Below, in pieces: positions 38,111 through 52,890 of a stretch of 64,000 bases of DNA. Position 1 is the stretch's first letter. Each line of letters starts with the position of its first letter. The position numbers were made by a program, and so were the translations under genes. Source of the DNA: Bispira polyomma (Eukaryota); the NCBI GenBank assembly GCA_965649765.1, contig OZ287749.1, positions 42,904,001 to 42,968,000 of the forward strand, given 5' to 3'. A model generated the notes under the pieces. It saw only the letters and a list, made by a program, of their open reading frames with translations, made no database searches and was not told the origin of the DNA.

Positions 38111-40449
38111 ACCCATTCATTGCTTTCTGTCTGGTCCCCCTCAGTTTTAAAATTCAATTACACACAAATGACACAATAACTTAAGTTTGGCATTTAAAAT
38201 CCCCCACAGGAGATCAATGGGGAGACAAGGGGTTGTTTGACTGTTTTTATGACCTCCTGCTTGCTGGAGTAGAGGAGGGGGGAGGCAGATACGTTTGGCT
38301 GCATTTGTACTGCTAGCAATTTGTAAAGACAAAAAAAAAACATACCACTGGCTGGCCTAAGAGTAGATTTGTCAGCAGGTTTTACAAACAAAGAATTCAA
38401 AGTAGAATTATAGCCCAGTGACACATACACAAGTTGGAGCTACGTGTGTGTGACATTTATAACTGTTTGGAAACCTATTATAAACGTAGTAGAAGGTAAT
38501 GCCAAAGTGAGGATTCCTGGTGCGTTCTTTCTGTGACGTTACTTAACGGATGGTATCGTTACGGAAATGTCTCCGTTTGGTCGGCTGCAACGATTATTTA
38601 AGATCATCTCCACTCATCTGTATTCGTTGTAGAACGCTTCACTAGGTATCATAACGCAGCCGAACGCACTAGTAAGCAGCAGTACATAGCAGTAAGTAGT
38701 GATATCCTACCAGCAAAGTGATCAATTTTCCCCCCGCTCCGTGTGTATAAGTACCAACATGTTCGCAACAAAACTGTGACAGACTGCCGCAAAAGTGACA
38801 TGTACCTTCATTAACACTCACTAATGAGAAACAAAGACATAACAAACCATAATGAATATACACAAATACGTCACTAATCACAAAAAAAGGTCAATAACTG
38901 CTACTAATTGAGGCGAAACAAGCCAGAACGAGCCAACACAACATGCTTCTGACAAGTAACATTTCAAAACGAATCAAGACGTATAACTCTTCGCCTCCCT
39001 CGTCCCCCATGCCCCCCAACCACACACATAAACATTCTCACAAACGTGTATTCGTCAAAGAAGTATCAACACTTCGAAACTTTCTTGATGGCGCGACTAA
39101 TGCTCACGGATATCATCGAAGTGTTCCCAAGCGCTGCTAATGCAGACAAAGTTAAAATGTACAGTCAAAAATTGCTACAAAGGCGTTCATGGTGCATTTG
39201 TGATGGCTATCCGTGAAAATGAGACCTGGGTATTAGTGGTATATGTTAATGAGAGACACACATCCCATTTTCACTAAAACAAAATTGACAGATGCTTACA
39301 TTACACTATTTTGTATAGTAAACAACATTGGTCTATGTTAGAATAACATAACCCAGTTACATAAAACATGCATAGACAAAGACTTTTTTATATATATTTT
39401 AAATTTTTATGACAAAATTTGATATGTATTAGTTAATTAATTTATTTTGGGGCCCAAATTAGGGGTAAAACCCTACCACGAAAGGAAGCTTTAAGTGCCC
39501 CCTGAATGTGTTTTTTAAATTTCACAGTCAGAGATGTTTCAATTTATCACCACTGCTGATTTGTCAGCTGCTCAAAGGGGAGACAACCAAAAAATCAGAA
39601 ATTCAAACTCATTCCACGACAGTACAGTAAAGTACAAAACATGTCACCCTTATAATTTATACTGTTCCAAAACCTCTTATATTTCTAGTCTAGGTTCTTT
39701 AACATATTGCTTCTGTAATTGATTAACTGTAAGTATAATTAGTCTTATAGAGTTTAATGTTCCTTATATTAGCATTAAAGGGGCCTCTGTGGCTTCCAAA
39801 CTATAAATAATAAACTCCCTGTGTTTTAATTATAAACACCACAGTACTACCATTGGGGCCAAGACTGCCAGAGATATTGCCCACAAATCAGACCTATCCC
39901 CGCCAGCCGTCTGGACTGCACCATAAGATCAAACTGGTACCATAACAATGGACCATAACAATATCCTCTGGTAATTTCCCGACTAAAATGACAAAATCAC
40001 GTGACATCCGAGAATCACATTTAGCTTTCCTTCAAATTAAATTGTATATAATATAATTGTGTAGGGTTTAATTTTTTTTTATTCCACATCTTTTCTATAA
40101 ACTTAGTGGGGGTATTGGTTTGTTATAGTTAGGTCTGAGACAGTGTGTGTGTGTGTGGGGGGGGGGGGGGAGATTGTGAGGTCAGCTTTCCTAAACATTG
40201 TATTTGGAAGCCGTATGCAGTGTTTGAGTGTATTTAGTGGTTACCTCATTTTTAACATCTTTAAATTTAAAGTTATTCATATTCATTACTATTCCTTTAG
40301 CAGATAAACACTGTATATAAAAATTCGATCATATGTAATGTAGTCATATCTGACTTATTTTTCCTGAGAAATGATACAAATACACGTACCAAATTGTGTG
40401 ATGAAGAATTTGGAGGTATATGGTCACTGTGCTATGTACTTGTAGAGTA

Positions 40450-43400
40450 GTGATGTGCCTTCAATAGGATATTATAATTGTACATACTTTTATCATTTAT
40501 TTTTAAAAGTTATAATTCCTTGTTCAAACCATTAATGTACTGTTTTTTGTACCATTATAGAATAAATAAAACCTAATTTATTATTGGAGGAAACCGCTGC
40601 TACATCGTAATATGTATATTTGTCAAACACAAAGCTACTGCTAAATAATATACCTGACATTTTTTTCCCCACATTAAAAGAATCAGCAAGATTTGGACCA
40701 CTGTCTTTAGAGATGAGAGATCTTTGCCCAATATTGAGTGAATGTTTCTTAAAAAAAGTAGGAAAGTGTCGTCCCCACCTAGTTAGCTCTGCCATGACCT
40801 CGCTAGGTTGTGTGTTTTTAATTTCGATGTGTTATGTTTGTTACCAGCATAACACAAACAAAAACTTGACCAAGACAGATCAATTCAATCGTGGAGTGGA
40901 TCCAAATTGTAGAAGGGCGGATCTAGGATCCACAACAAAAGTCACTTCATGGTAATGGAGTTTTGTTATGTCTGGTGCCAATTTTGTACCGTGATAAATT
41001 CTTCATTACTTAAGGGCTTTGTTGGTGGTAACACTCTTCTCTTCCACCTCTGTGTTTTGGGTTTGATTCTCAGTGACGACATCTTAGTCGGAAAGTTGGG
41101 AGCTTACTTCATCAAGATCAGTGGAGTGCAGTGCATAAACACTTTGACCAACTACACTGTACTGCCTTTTATTCACCAAGAGAACCACCCATCATGAAAT
41201 AATACTCAATTGTTGAAAGCATCATTCAAAGTACTATATAATCAATCTAAGTTTACCCATACTGATAAGAAAGACCTTATCACCAGTACAAAATGTACAG
41301 AAGGTTTTAGTATCAGAGGTTTTAAACCTTTGAGATTTATTTGTAATGAAGTATAACCTTTCATTTTCTTTTAACATTCAAGGATATGGGCCTCTTCACT
41401 TCGATGATTACTCAGTATAACACTGATTGTTAAACACTAATTTTTGTTCTTTAGTCCTTTCTTTTTTTTCTACATCAGTGTTTCATAAGAAGTATCCAGC
41501 CAAACCTACAATTCTCTTGAGGATTTCCCCTCTTGCTGATTCCTCTGTGTTCTGTGTTTTCCATCTTTCATTGTGGGAGTCCAGAACTACCCAGTTGGAA
41601 CACAGAGATATCATCTCTGATTTCTGTCATAGGTTTTGTTTAAGCCTGAAGTTTCTCATTCATAAATCCTGCAATCCTAGTAAACCTTAGGACATTCTTG
41701 GAAGGACAATACTGGTTCCTGGAGAACCTGGTATAACCGTGATTGTTTGCCATTGATCAGCAAGTATCTCAGCAATTCATAACAAATCGATCATTCGCAA
41801 CATGATCTTGTGGGAATCATGAGGGCATGTATGAGTAATCTTTGTTCTTTATGGCTTTCCGCAGGGAATCATAAGCAGTTGTGCTATTTCACAAGGAATC
41901 AACTTTCCGTAGACAAATCTTTACTAGCACTATTTGTAAAGAAATTGTGAGCAATCTTGTTTGTTTTAGGATATTGATGGTTATTTATGGATGTTATTCT
42001 TCTCTTCGATACATTTGATGTTCTATACAGATAGCCTTGTAATTTGAGCAATGTCACATTAATACCATAATTATCCTTTACTATATATTTTTGTCTCCAC
42101 CATAGCATTTTTCTTGCTTACCAAAGATTTGTTTTTTAAACCTCCCTAGCTGGCGCCTTTTAACACCCCCCCCCCCCCCTCACCTTCATTTTTGGAGTTT
42201 ATGTTGTCAATGTGGGACAAGGCCTTTAACAAGGCACATGTGGGGAGCAGAAAAGCATATCTTTTTTCCTCCAGAATAACCAAAACGAGCTTGCTGGCAA
42301 AGGATCAAATAGTAAACTAAAGCCTACTGTAAATTGGTACATTGAACAAAAAAAAACTTAACCTCCTTTGCTGGGGGTAATGATAGATTAAATTATGATG
42401 AGAAATGTAGGCAAAGTTAGTATCGGTATTTTTGCTGAACTCAAAACGCTTATTTACCTTTTCTCTGGATTAAGACAGGGGGTGTGTATGTATGGCGATT
42501 TATCAATGTCCATAAGGCAAGGATAAGACACAACCCCCCTACATTGCTATTACATAGTCACATTACAGTATATCTATTCAGTATGCCATTCGTGCGCACA
42601 TATATGGATATTTGTTATCCCTAGTTGTTAGTCTGGGGTTGGTCTGATCTTCAGAAGGTCCCTGATACGACTTCCAGTTGGAGCAGTTTGTCCGGTGATC
42701 ATCTAAAAGTCCCCAGGCTGCCTTCTGTTAATGATAACATTGTCTACTAATGACCACCTTGGCTATGTTGTAGGTCTATCATTCCTTTTGGGATAATGAG
42801 CACCTAAGATGATGACATAGCAATAAAGCACTATGTTTATGCTTCAGTGTTCTTAATAATAGTCTTTGTGGCATATACTTCAGGTGGCAGAAGTTGGAAG
42901 TTATTTGGTACAAAGTGGGGCTCATTGGATCCAGAGCGAGCTGAGAGCTTTAAAAAATCAGTAGAACTGATCCCTGGGAATTTTGTAATAACCTGATTTT
43001 TTTTGTTAACTCTATCCCCTCTGGAATCAAAAGCCCCTTAACATTTTTTTTTCTTAATATTAGTGGTCCTTAAGGCAAATTTATCCAACATGAATATTCC
43101 CTCAGTTTATGGAATATTTTCCCAATTTTTGATCAAGAAGTGATAGTTTGTGTGAGGGATTTTCTTTGTGATATTTATTTTTTAAGAGTCTGTCATTGTG
43201 TTATAAAGGGTATTATGAAGTAATAAATATGCATAGATTTAGTAAGAACCATAAACAGTTCATCTGCATACTCTCTAGACATACATACTGAACCAGTTAC
43301 TGATACAAAACAAAATTACTACACAAATTGGTTTCCCTTTGATTTATCTTTTATGTTTCCAGTATGGTACTGAAGCTATTTTCAATGTTCATGTCCATTT

Positions 43401-43960
43401 TATTGTTATGTTTAAATTACTTCCTCCTGCAAATTTCTAGTGCTTTGTATAATTTAAAACACATTATGTTTACAGTAATGGACTGTGATGGAAAACACTA
43501 TCTGTCTCTTTTAAGATACAAAATTAACAAAAGTTTTAAATCTTGTCATTTTGTGGCTGAGACAACAATGTTTTCACTTTAGTTAAAATCTCTGTTGTAA
43601 GTTTTGTATTCATACTGAGTTTATACAAATAGACCAACCAATACTTAAATACCTCCCTCATCCATAAATCAGATTGCAATCTTATAAACCTTTGTTTCTA
43701 TCCCTTGTCACAATGTTTTTATAGCTTTAATTGTCCCCCAATTTATCAATTGATATCTTCACTGAGTAACTTTTTTGTCCACATAATGGTCTACTGTATA
43801 AAATACACATGACCCAGAAAAAAGTATAATAAATAATAATAATTGTATCCTTGAGTCAAAAGTTAGAGCCATTTATGCTTCTAAATAGCTCATATCTAGT
43901 ATCAGTATATGAGATAGATTTGTCAATGGGGAACAATTTATATTCACCATATCCAGAATT
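40450..43960 (-). mobile_element. Highly decayed L1/Tx1-like LINE remnants
   Basis: Only short reverse-strand peptide traces (e.g. WFEQGII near 40510-40531) and strand-biased composition; no intact motif. Confidence 0.3.
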
Positions 43961-45931
43961 ATAGCAGAAAAACCAACAATGCACTATAAAAATAAAACAT
44001 CAAAAGATTTTGAGATCTAAACCCCGACTGGAGAATAACAGTAAAACAAAAATGGATGTCATTACTGCATATTTATTTTGTTATGTTTGTTCATGTACTT
44101 TTATTTTATTTATTTATTTCTGTCATTTGACTTGGCGCAAAAAATGTTCAAGGTGAGAGCAATGATATACAAAGATATCAGTAACTCAAGCCAGCCCTCC
44201 CATCTGCAATAGGAAAACTACCTACTTTGCATAGAAATGAAATACTTGGTCACTCTTGGTTTAGATCATCTGGTCTATGAGTCCCAGAGCCCAAATAATC
44301 CTTCTCAAAGCAGATGGGGGAACGGGTGGGTGAGAGGGGTGGGGCGTGGGAGGGGGGGTTTATAAAGGGGGAAAACATGCGCCTGCTATAGTTAGTGAAT
44401 AATGCATGATGCAAACAGCAAATTGTCGGTCATTCTTAGGGTGAGGAAATGACTGTATTTGGCTGTAGTTGAGGTGGGGGTGGTTGTGCAAGCATGATTT
44501 AAGGTTGTTCATGTGATACCGCTAAATGGATGCCATCAAGTGGGTATAAGTTATTAATAGTTTATTTGTATGTCACCTGAATTATGAATACTGTAGAGTA
44601 TATCTAAAATAGTATAGACAGTAAAAAACAGCAGTATTTGTATCTATATAAGTGAATAGGTGTATATACCATGATATGCATGATTTGTGCATCAGGGTAT
44701 ACAAGTTTATGGTTACTGAACATACTGTAAATACCAAAATATATTAACATATACTACAACAACAGTTGCTTTTAAAACTGAAGCCATTCTTTATGGAATA
44801 ATGGATTTTTGTTGATCTAAGTTTTAAACAAATTAGCCAATTTGAACCAGTCCAACATTGAATTGTTGTGTCGTGTGTTTTTTCCTTTTAAAAACAATTT
44901 TTTTGTTTAAAATGCAGCATATTTTGTGTTAGCTTTGGTTTGAGAATGCATACCTTGTCAAATATTGGCATAACAATGCCTATTTGAATTGAGAGTCATT
45001 ATTGTATGAGACAAGTTTTATCTAGATCCTTAAAGCAAACTCTTTGAAATAATTTTTCCCCAAAATTAAAAACCATTATGCTTGAAGTGGTAGTTGTGTG
45101 TATTTCTGAAACTTTTTTTTTTCAGAGGCAGCCTAATGTGTTGTCTTCATTTTAAAAAGGACGACCCCATCTTAGAAATAATATGTAAGGCCTTCATGGA
45201 TTGGTTGAAAGCTATTGGCCCGTCCAAACTAGGGGGAACTAACAGATTTGCCTCAGTACGCCGCCATCTTAGAAATGATATGTTAGGCCTTCATTGTTTG
45301 GTTGAGGCAAGTGTCATTTAAAAAGAAAACTCTTGCTAGGAGATTCACCAATTTTAAATGTTAGGATCACCCTTTTGTGCTTTAAAATTTCATCCATGTG
45401 ACTTAGGTTGCACTAATAATTCCCTCACTTCGATGTACTCTTTGACAAACCTTTGGAGTATTGAATACAATGGGGACCCAGTCTACAAGAAATCCTACTG
45501 GATGTACAACTTATATAACCATCGCCCTACTATACAATATTTGAGCTATACTCACACCTAACTCTAAGGATTCTTATTACTCAAGGCCATTTTTACAAAT
45601 CCAGGAAGAACACCAGACATGCATGGTTTCTTTGAAACTGACACTTCTGTTTAGAAAGATGATCAAATATATTACAAAGCAGATTATTCATTTATCGTCA
45701 GCCTTAGATTTGGTTTTGCAGTATAAAGTCCACCATATGCATTATTTTAGTTGTTTCTACTCCTGGGAGCAAATGTGGTCTATTTTGGGTGTTTTGTGGG
45801 CTAAAGTACACTTAAATAGTAACCAGGTCAATGTTATCGCCACAAGGGCGAATATCTAGAAATTAATATCCCATTGTGTCCTTCACTAACAGTTATTAAT
45901 TGTATTGACAAACTATTTCAGCATATATATG

Positions 45932-46370
45932 AATGTTGTTACAATTATTAAATATGTAGCTAAAGAATGTTGTAACAATTGATAAATGTTCCACATATAA
46001 ATGTTATTACAATTCATGAATGTGCCACATAAGAATGTTGTTACAATTGATAAATGTGCAACATGCAAATGTTATTACAATTCATAAATGTGCCACAGAA
46101 GAATGTTGTAACAATTGATAAATGTTCCACATATAAATGTTATTACAATTCATGAATGTGCCACATAAGAATGTTGTTACAATTGATAAATGTGCAACAT
46201 GCAAATGTTATTACAATTCATAAATGTGCCACAGAAGAATATTGTTACAATTGGTAACTGTGCCACATACAAACGTTATTACAATTCATAAATGTGCCAC
46301 ATAAAAATATTGTTACAATTCAAAATTGTGCAGCATAACAATGTTGTTATAATTCGTGTATGTGCAATCT
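45932..46370. repeat. 34-bp minisatellite, ~13 copies, with higher-order structure
   Basis: Unit aatgtt(a/g)ttacaatt(c/g)ataaatgtgccacataag; starts at 45966, 46000, 46034 and 46068. Confidence 0.95.
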
Positions 46371-47236
46371 CCTTAACCTGTCAAATACAGATTGTTTGAT
46401 TTAAACATTATATATAACTTTCTGTACAAACAATATAAATATTCAAAAAAAAAAAATTACTGTTACAGAATACTCTAAATTCATTGTCTGTTTGGAAAAA
46501 AAATAACTAAATATTACTCCACTCCTCCTCCCTAAATGGTCTTTAATTCCTCTGATAGCTAATTCAATGATAAATGACATGCACAATTTATTGCATGATG
46601 ATTCTAGTTTTACACGACAATAAATAAAAAAGCATGATGTCTATTTTCAGCACTCCTCCTTTGGTAAAGAACATTATGGGGTGAGATGGTTGAAAGAATG
46701 GCAATACTTCCTATGAAACTATGCTTGTTTTATGATTGACCTTGAAAGGCCATGAATGATAAAAAGTTATATAAACTTGAAGATAAAATCGCGCTAGCAG
46801 TGGTCATTGTTATGAAATACGACACGCGAGGGGAACATTAACTCAAGCCACAGGGGACATATTAACTGGTATCCAAAGTAAGGGCCGCCAAAGGGGCTGG
46901 TTTATTATTTTTTAGGGGGAGGGGGAATATCGTCACCGAAATGGGTCAGTAGTAAACATGTGCTGATTTTGATATAGTACAGGACTGAGCACTTAAATCT
47001 AGCTGCTAGAGATCTGCTACGAATCATTGGTTTTCTAGTTATTAGGGGCTACAAAAATATTTCTTCTTTAAGCAGGGAAGGTTACGTTTTGGAGCAAATT
47101 TTACCCAAGAATTTTGCTTCAATTTTGGTCAGCATAACACTTTTCCTCCAAAGTTCTGGTCCATGGTGTATGGCAAAAGAAAATAGTCCAGACACGACTA
47201 CTTTATCTAACCATTAATTTGTTTGTCATGCGAGAA

Positions 47237-47494
47237 GGGGGCCGCGGTGGTCTGGTGGTTAGCAAGCATAGCGCTTCACAATCACTGGTTTCTTACCTCT
47301 GGGCGGCGTGAGTTCGAATTCCGTCGATGCCTATGTGGAAAAGGTGGTAATTCCTTACTGTGGGCCGCTGGTTTCAGTGCTGAACCTTAACCAACTGTAT
47401 GCAGTGTTTCCTCCAGCGTTTTCAACTACCCGTCCCAATATAACCTACTAAAAGGTACTAGAGTGGACGTTAAATATCCAAATTCAAATTCAAA
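47237..47494 (+). mobile_element. Young tRNA-derived SINE with 14-bp TSD
   Basis: A-box tggtctggtggtt, B-box gagttcgaattcc, 3' gtggacgttaaa plus (caaatt)n tail. Perfect TSD ttgtcatgcgagaa at 47223-47236 and 47495-47508. Confidence 0.93.
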
Positions 47495-48304
47495 TTGTCA
47501 TGCGAGAAAGTCTGATCATGAAACTTGAAAGAAATATAACTACTGTAGGCAAATAATAAAATGTGGGAACCTCAGTGCTGTTGAGGGAGAGGTAGCAGTT
47601 TTACAATGCAGTCATGGTTTGATTCTTGACAAAGGCACCTTTGGAAAAGTTGGCAGTAGACTTGCTGAAGGCTGTTAGTTTTCAGTGATGGTGGTTTGCA
47701 GGAAAACCTTACAAATACCTCCAATTCTTTCCTTCAGCAATAAATTGCTCGTAGTGATATAATTACACAGTTGCGAAAAACGGCGTTTAACTGAAAATAT
47801 ATATATATATAGTCAATGGTTACATATTTGATATATATTCTTGTTTTTTGTAGTGGTGTCAGAAAGCTAGGTTCATATTTGTATCTGTGAATTTCCAAAG
47901 CTAACAACAAACTTTTCATAGTTTTTCAGTGTAATCTGAACTAGGTACAAGACAACCCAAGATTATGTTGGAGATTGTTATAAGAATCTCCCAAAACACA
48001 AGTAATTTAACTGTAGTTTGAATATTGCATTACTTGCACCACTGTTAATATTTAACCTGACTAGCAAAATTGAGTAGACATCTATATCTGTTAAAATTTC
48101 TGAACTTCGTTATCTTAACTTGTGTGGGTATCTGTATGCCTGTTTGTATGGATGTTTGCAACAACTCTAGACTTGTGTTGTATGCAGTATATGCTACTTC
48201 CAACATTCAGTAGATGTTTCTTTAACAATGGTCACTTATATCTATTCAAATCGTTGAATCATGAAATAACCATATTTTGCTATCTTCTGTCCACTTTTTA
48301 ATAT

Positions 48305-48650
48305 TTTTTTTTTTTTTTTTGTATACAGATATAAACAAATAAAATTACAAATACAGTTACACATAACAGTATGACAATGCACAATACAATAATGTACAAT
48401 TATAAATTTGAGAATTTAACCATATATAAAAGAAGTAGCAATTTCTTTATTACTAGTGCGTTACTAACAGATACAATAACAATTTTCCCAAATATTACAG
48501 TACAAATGGACAATTCAGTCAAAACAGGGTTATTAGCATTTATTTCAGTAAAATGGTTTAAAGTATTGGTTTAAAATGTTTATATTTCTATTATTTATTT
48601 TTACTTTTTAACCAAACTGAAGTTCCCCTCAAAAGGTAGCTAGAATCTTT
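48305..48650 (-). mobile_element. Possible poly(A)-tailed LINE 3' end
   Basis: A T-run at 48304-48320 followed by sequence that is T/G-rich and UTR-like on the minus strand. Confidence 0.35.
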
Positions 48651-51600
48651 AAGTTAAAAAAAACATAATCTTCTCTCTAATTATAAACCAGTTGGGGGTC
48701 ACATGATACTATAAACCTTAATTACAACACAAGAGAACAGACTGTGGGCGATATTGAGACAGACAGGCTTGCTGCCTCGGTTTGATTTCTGTGAAATGTC
48801 GTCTGCTCTTTTTGGGTGATTAGTCCAGTGACCATATTCTTCAAACACCTCAAACTCAACTTAGACTCAAGCATAAATCTAGGATACACACAAATATGTC
48901 TTTGACTAGAGTAAAGATGAGTAAAATTGTTGAATTCAGTGCTGAAAGCTCTATTAAAACGAATGGTCACAAGTATAGGTTATATTCATAATATATAGTT
49001 ATACACACAGCCTCCACTGGAGTTAAGTCTGAAGTCGAGCTTCAGTTTGTTTTTGGAGAATGTGGCTACACAGAAAAGTCTATTGACAACAACATCAATA
49101 TCGACGTTTACATTGGGTGGATGAGGTGGAAAATAATCAAATTGTTCCATCCCTTTTTTTTCCACCCACTAAAGTCATGTTTTGTCAGCCCCCAATAATT
49201 TGTAATCAGGCCAATTTCTAGAAATCTAATTATACTTACAGAGAGATGTATTTTTTTTTTCTTTATCGACTTTCACAAATCAACTTTTGGACAATTGTGT
49301 TTAGTCATTGGTTATCTGAGACTCTTGTGTATGGGTCTTTGTATGTCTGTATGAATGGGTGTTTAGGCCACACACAAAACTCCAGAGTTCCTTATGATAT
49401 CATCTTGTATGTGCTTTTTTTAACCATGTGTTTCTGTTGTAATTTTGCCTGGACATATTTTTTCCATACACCCGTTTTTGCATCCTGAACCAAATCTTGG
49501 TAAATGACTTGCAGGGACTAATATGTCCATGACAGAATGTCAGAAATACAAGTGTATTATTAAATAAATACAAAGACATAAAGTTATGTTGTCATATCCA
49601 GTAATTATGTTTCTAATCTGGGCTCTGATAATCCAGTATTTTTCCTTATGTATCGTTGTCTTAGGACAATGGTTATGCATGTACCACTTTATTACTGTCA
49701 GTTTGTCGATAGTGCCTTAGATTTTGTTTTAGTGTAAATATTAGGTGCCATAGATACCCTGTAAAACCGTTGACCCCAGTTGGTCCAATTTTTTTTTAAA
49801 TTTGAGGAGGTGGGGGGGATATTCCCTATATGAAATGCTCCTTCATCGTCTCCAAAGACAAGTCTCTGTTTGTATTATATCACTGTGCCTTGAGATTAAA
49901 TAGGACAGAAATATAGCAGGCAGTATGGACAATGTTAAGATAGTGCCAAATGTGTATCATATAATTGTATGATAATGTAGATCATCCATGCTAAGCATTC
50001 AGACATTCTGTGGATAGTTTAATTATTTGATACATTTTACTATGATTTATTTCAAACATAATCTTACACTTCCACATATCAACACAGCTTTCTTTAATAA
50101 AAACAAAACTCGTTTTGGAACACACAAACCTTGGGGTTTTATTTCATAAATTACAGTAATTACATTACAAAAATCTTACTACTAGCGGCATCATTTTATA
50201 TTAAACTGATATGACACATGACAATCTTCTTTTAATAATTGCATAAGGGGCTAAATAGATTGTATTTTTAGTACATTTTGTTCCCCACATTGTTTTTATC
50301 ACATTTGCAATCTTCTTCAATGATTTGTTAGTACCTGCAAACTGGCTGTAAAGAGATGTACAGGAATTTAAACCCCTAACACCCCCAGCTCTAATGGGAA
50401 TAGTCCAAAGTCCGACCACCAAGATTTATTGGACATCACACTTCAAGTAACCATACAAATAAATTACAAGGGCGGAAAAGAGAGAAGGGGGAAAACAAGG
50501 CAGAAAGTTGTCCAGATGAATGAATTGCCATGTCATCAATATCCTCATGCATTGATTGGTCCATGTTCTCACTTCCTGACATAGAAACAGTTTTTGGAGT
50601 AGTCAGAATTTACTTCATTAAAGAATTCACTTAAAATATATACCATATGTATAATATATAGCATCCTTTTATAATATTGGTGCATTTTAGTTTTACATTT
50701 CAAAATCCAAACATCAATTTGTATCTCAAATTATATTTTACATATAGTAGTAACCTCACGTTTCTACCATTATAACAATTACTATAACAGTGACTTTAAG
50801 TTCACATTAGGGGAAGGTTTTTTTTTTTTTTGTGTGTAAGAGAATACAGACTCTGACAGTTCAGAAAGGAGGGGGAAGACCTTTGATTTGTGGGATAACC
50901 TAATCAGTCTTGTGTGGTGAGGATATCGGACAGGGAAGGGGGTCAGTGTTCAATAGTCACCACCTCAACGTCATAGTGTAAAATGTGTGATTGTTAGTAT
51001 AGTTCTGCTTTATATTATCAAATTCTCCTCCCCCAAAAAAAAAAAAAAAAAAATTTAAAGAAACTTATCTAATTCGGTGACCCAATTAACATGGGTAACC
51101 TCCAGCGAGAAGATTATGTTTTCGCCCCTCTGTCTGTTGATTTGTTTCCCACTTTATTTGTTTGTTAGTTGGTCCGTTTGATGGCAAGATTCTACAAAAA
51201 CTACTGAACTGATTTCGACCAAACTTCGTGGAGGGCTTTGAGTGAATTATGGCTTTTGAGAACTAGGTCATTATAAAAAATACACCTGATTTTGTGACAA
51301 TGTCCCTTGAGAATGCCCAACGTGAAAAGGGTGTGTTGAAATGTCACGTACATGCAAAGACAAATAACCATCATAAGGCTGTATGTAGACATGGGCAAAA
51401 TATGTAATAAAGAGTAAGTCGGGGCAAAATTACATGGATGTCCTAAAGTAAAACTGACAAAAAATATCAATAATATTTTAAAATTTTATCAAATTGTGTA
51501 GACTAATGTGTCAAGTAGAATTGACACTATATTTTAGTATGAATAAGTAAGGGATATAACAGTGTGGTTGTGTCTTATCACCAGCATTTATATTGTTATC

Positions 51601-52138
51601 CATAAACTTTAGGGATAGAAAATGTAAGAATTACATTTACAGAACATAATCAATTTAATCACACTGTGGCCTTTATATGGGAAAGTTGGCAAGGTACACT
51701 GCATGTTTTAGGTTACATATAGGTAGATCCAGGGTTTTGTAATGGTGGGGGTGGGGGTCATTCCTACATCATATTGTTAACATACACGATTGTTAGACTC
51801 ATGTTTGCTATGTGTAAAAATACACCCGCCCCCCTCCCCCCCCCCTTTCTCTTTGGATAAGACTATTAGTCAGTGGTTTACAGTACAAATTTTCATCCAC
51901 AAACAAATACAAAAACAAATTTTACTTCTACAAATATCCTAATAATAACATTCTGGATGCAAAAGCCATATTTATGACCAAAGATGTTAACAAAGTGAAA
52001 TATAACCTAAATAAATGTAAATTCGAAACCACATGACAATATCACAGTCTGGTTTGAATGCTCTGACACTGTATCAGAACTAACATATAGATATTATTTA
52101 TGAGCACATAACTGATATGAAACATATAGTCAGTGACG

Positions 52139-52890
52139 ACATGTGGTATTTTGCTTAAAAAAAACATTATAAAAAGCTTTAAAAAGCAAGCCAACAATCT
52201 ACCTACCCTTAAATGATGTCAAAACTCATCTTGCATAAATTCACAGAAGGGACCCAGTTGTTACACATTTTGTGTGTACCACTACCACACGTTAACTGCA
52301 TTACATCAATTTATATAAAACTTTGATAACCTTTGGTTGATTTCTTTCACACCATTTGCATTTTCCTATTGTCCCCCATAAACCAGGTTAAGTCTCAACA
52401 GATACACAACAATACTTAAATTATAACTAAAGCTCCAATTAAATTAACGATAACATATCCCAGTCATTTCCACTAATAAGGTAATATATGCTAATAATAT
52501 TGAATTTTAGTTTAATAATAAGGCTAAATTTTAAAGTATTTCATAGATGGTTTTCATATCCAGGGACCTTTTGTCCTTTCATTCTATGCCCAAGAAATAT
52601 TATGACATTTTTTTTGCATAGAGTGGTTTGATCAATGTAAAAGAATAGTGAATACAGTTTTCCTCCACTCTTTTAAAGTGTGTAATTTGACATGGTATTT
52701 TGCTTTAAAAAAACATTACAGCTTCAAAAAGCAAGCCAACAATCTACCTACCCTTGAATGATGTCAAAACTCAACTTGCAGAAATTCACAGAAGGGACCC
52801 AGTTGTTACACATTTTGTGTGTAGTACTAGTAAACACGTTAACTGCATTACATCAATTTACATAAAACTTTGATAACCTTTGGTTGATTT
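52139..52890 (+). repeat. ~200-bp direct repeat (52139-52345 and 52690-52890)
   Basis: tggtattttgctt.aaaaaaacatta...gataacctttggttgatttct occurs twice. Confidence 0.88.

Noticed and set aside
47237-47330. tRNA gene (also at 10015 and 63730)
   Set aside because: No proper cloverleaf or acceptor stem; each continues into a SINE body or is degenerate, and the 47237 copy has a tail and TSD.
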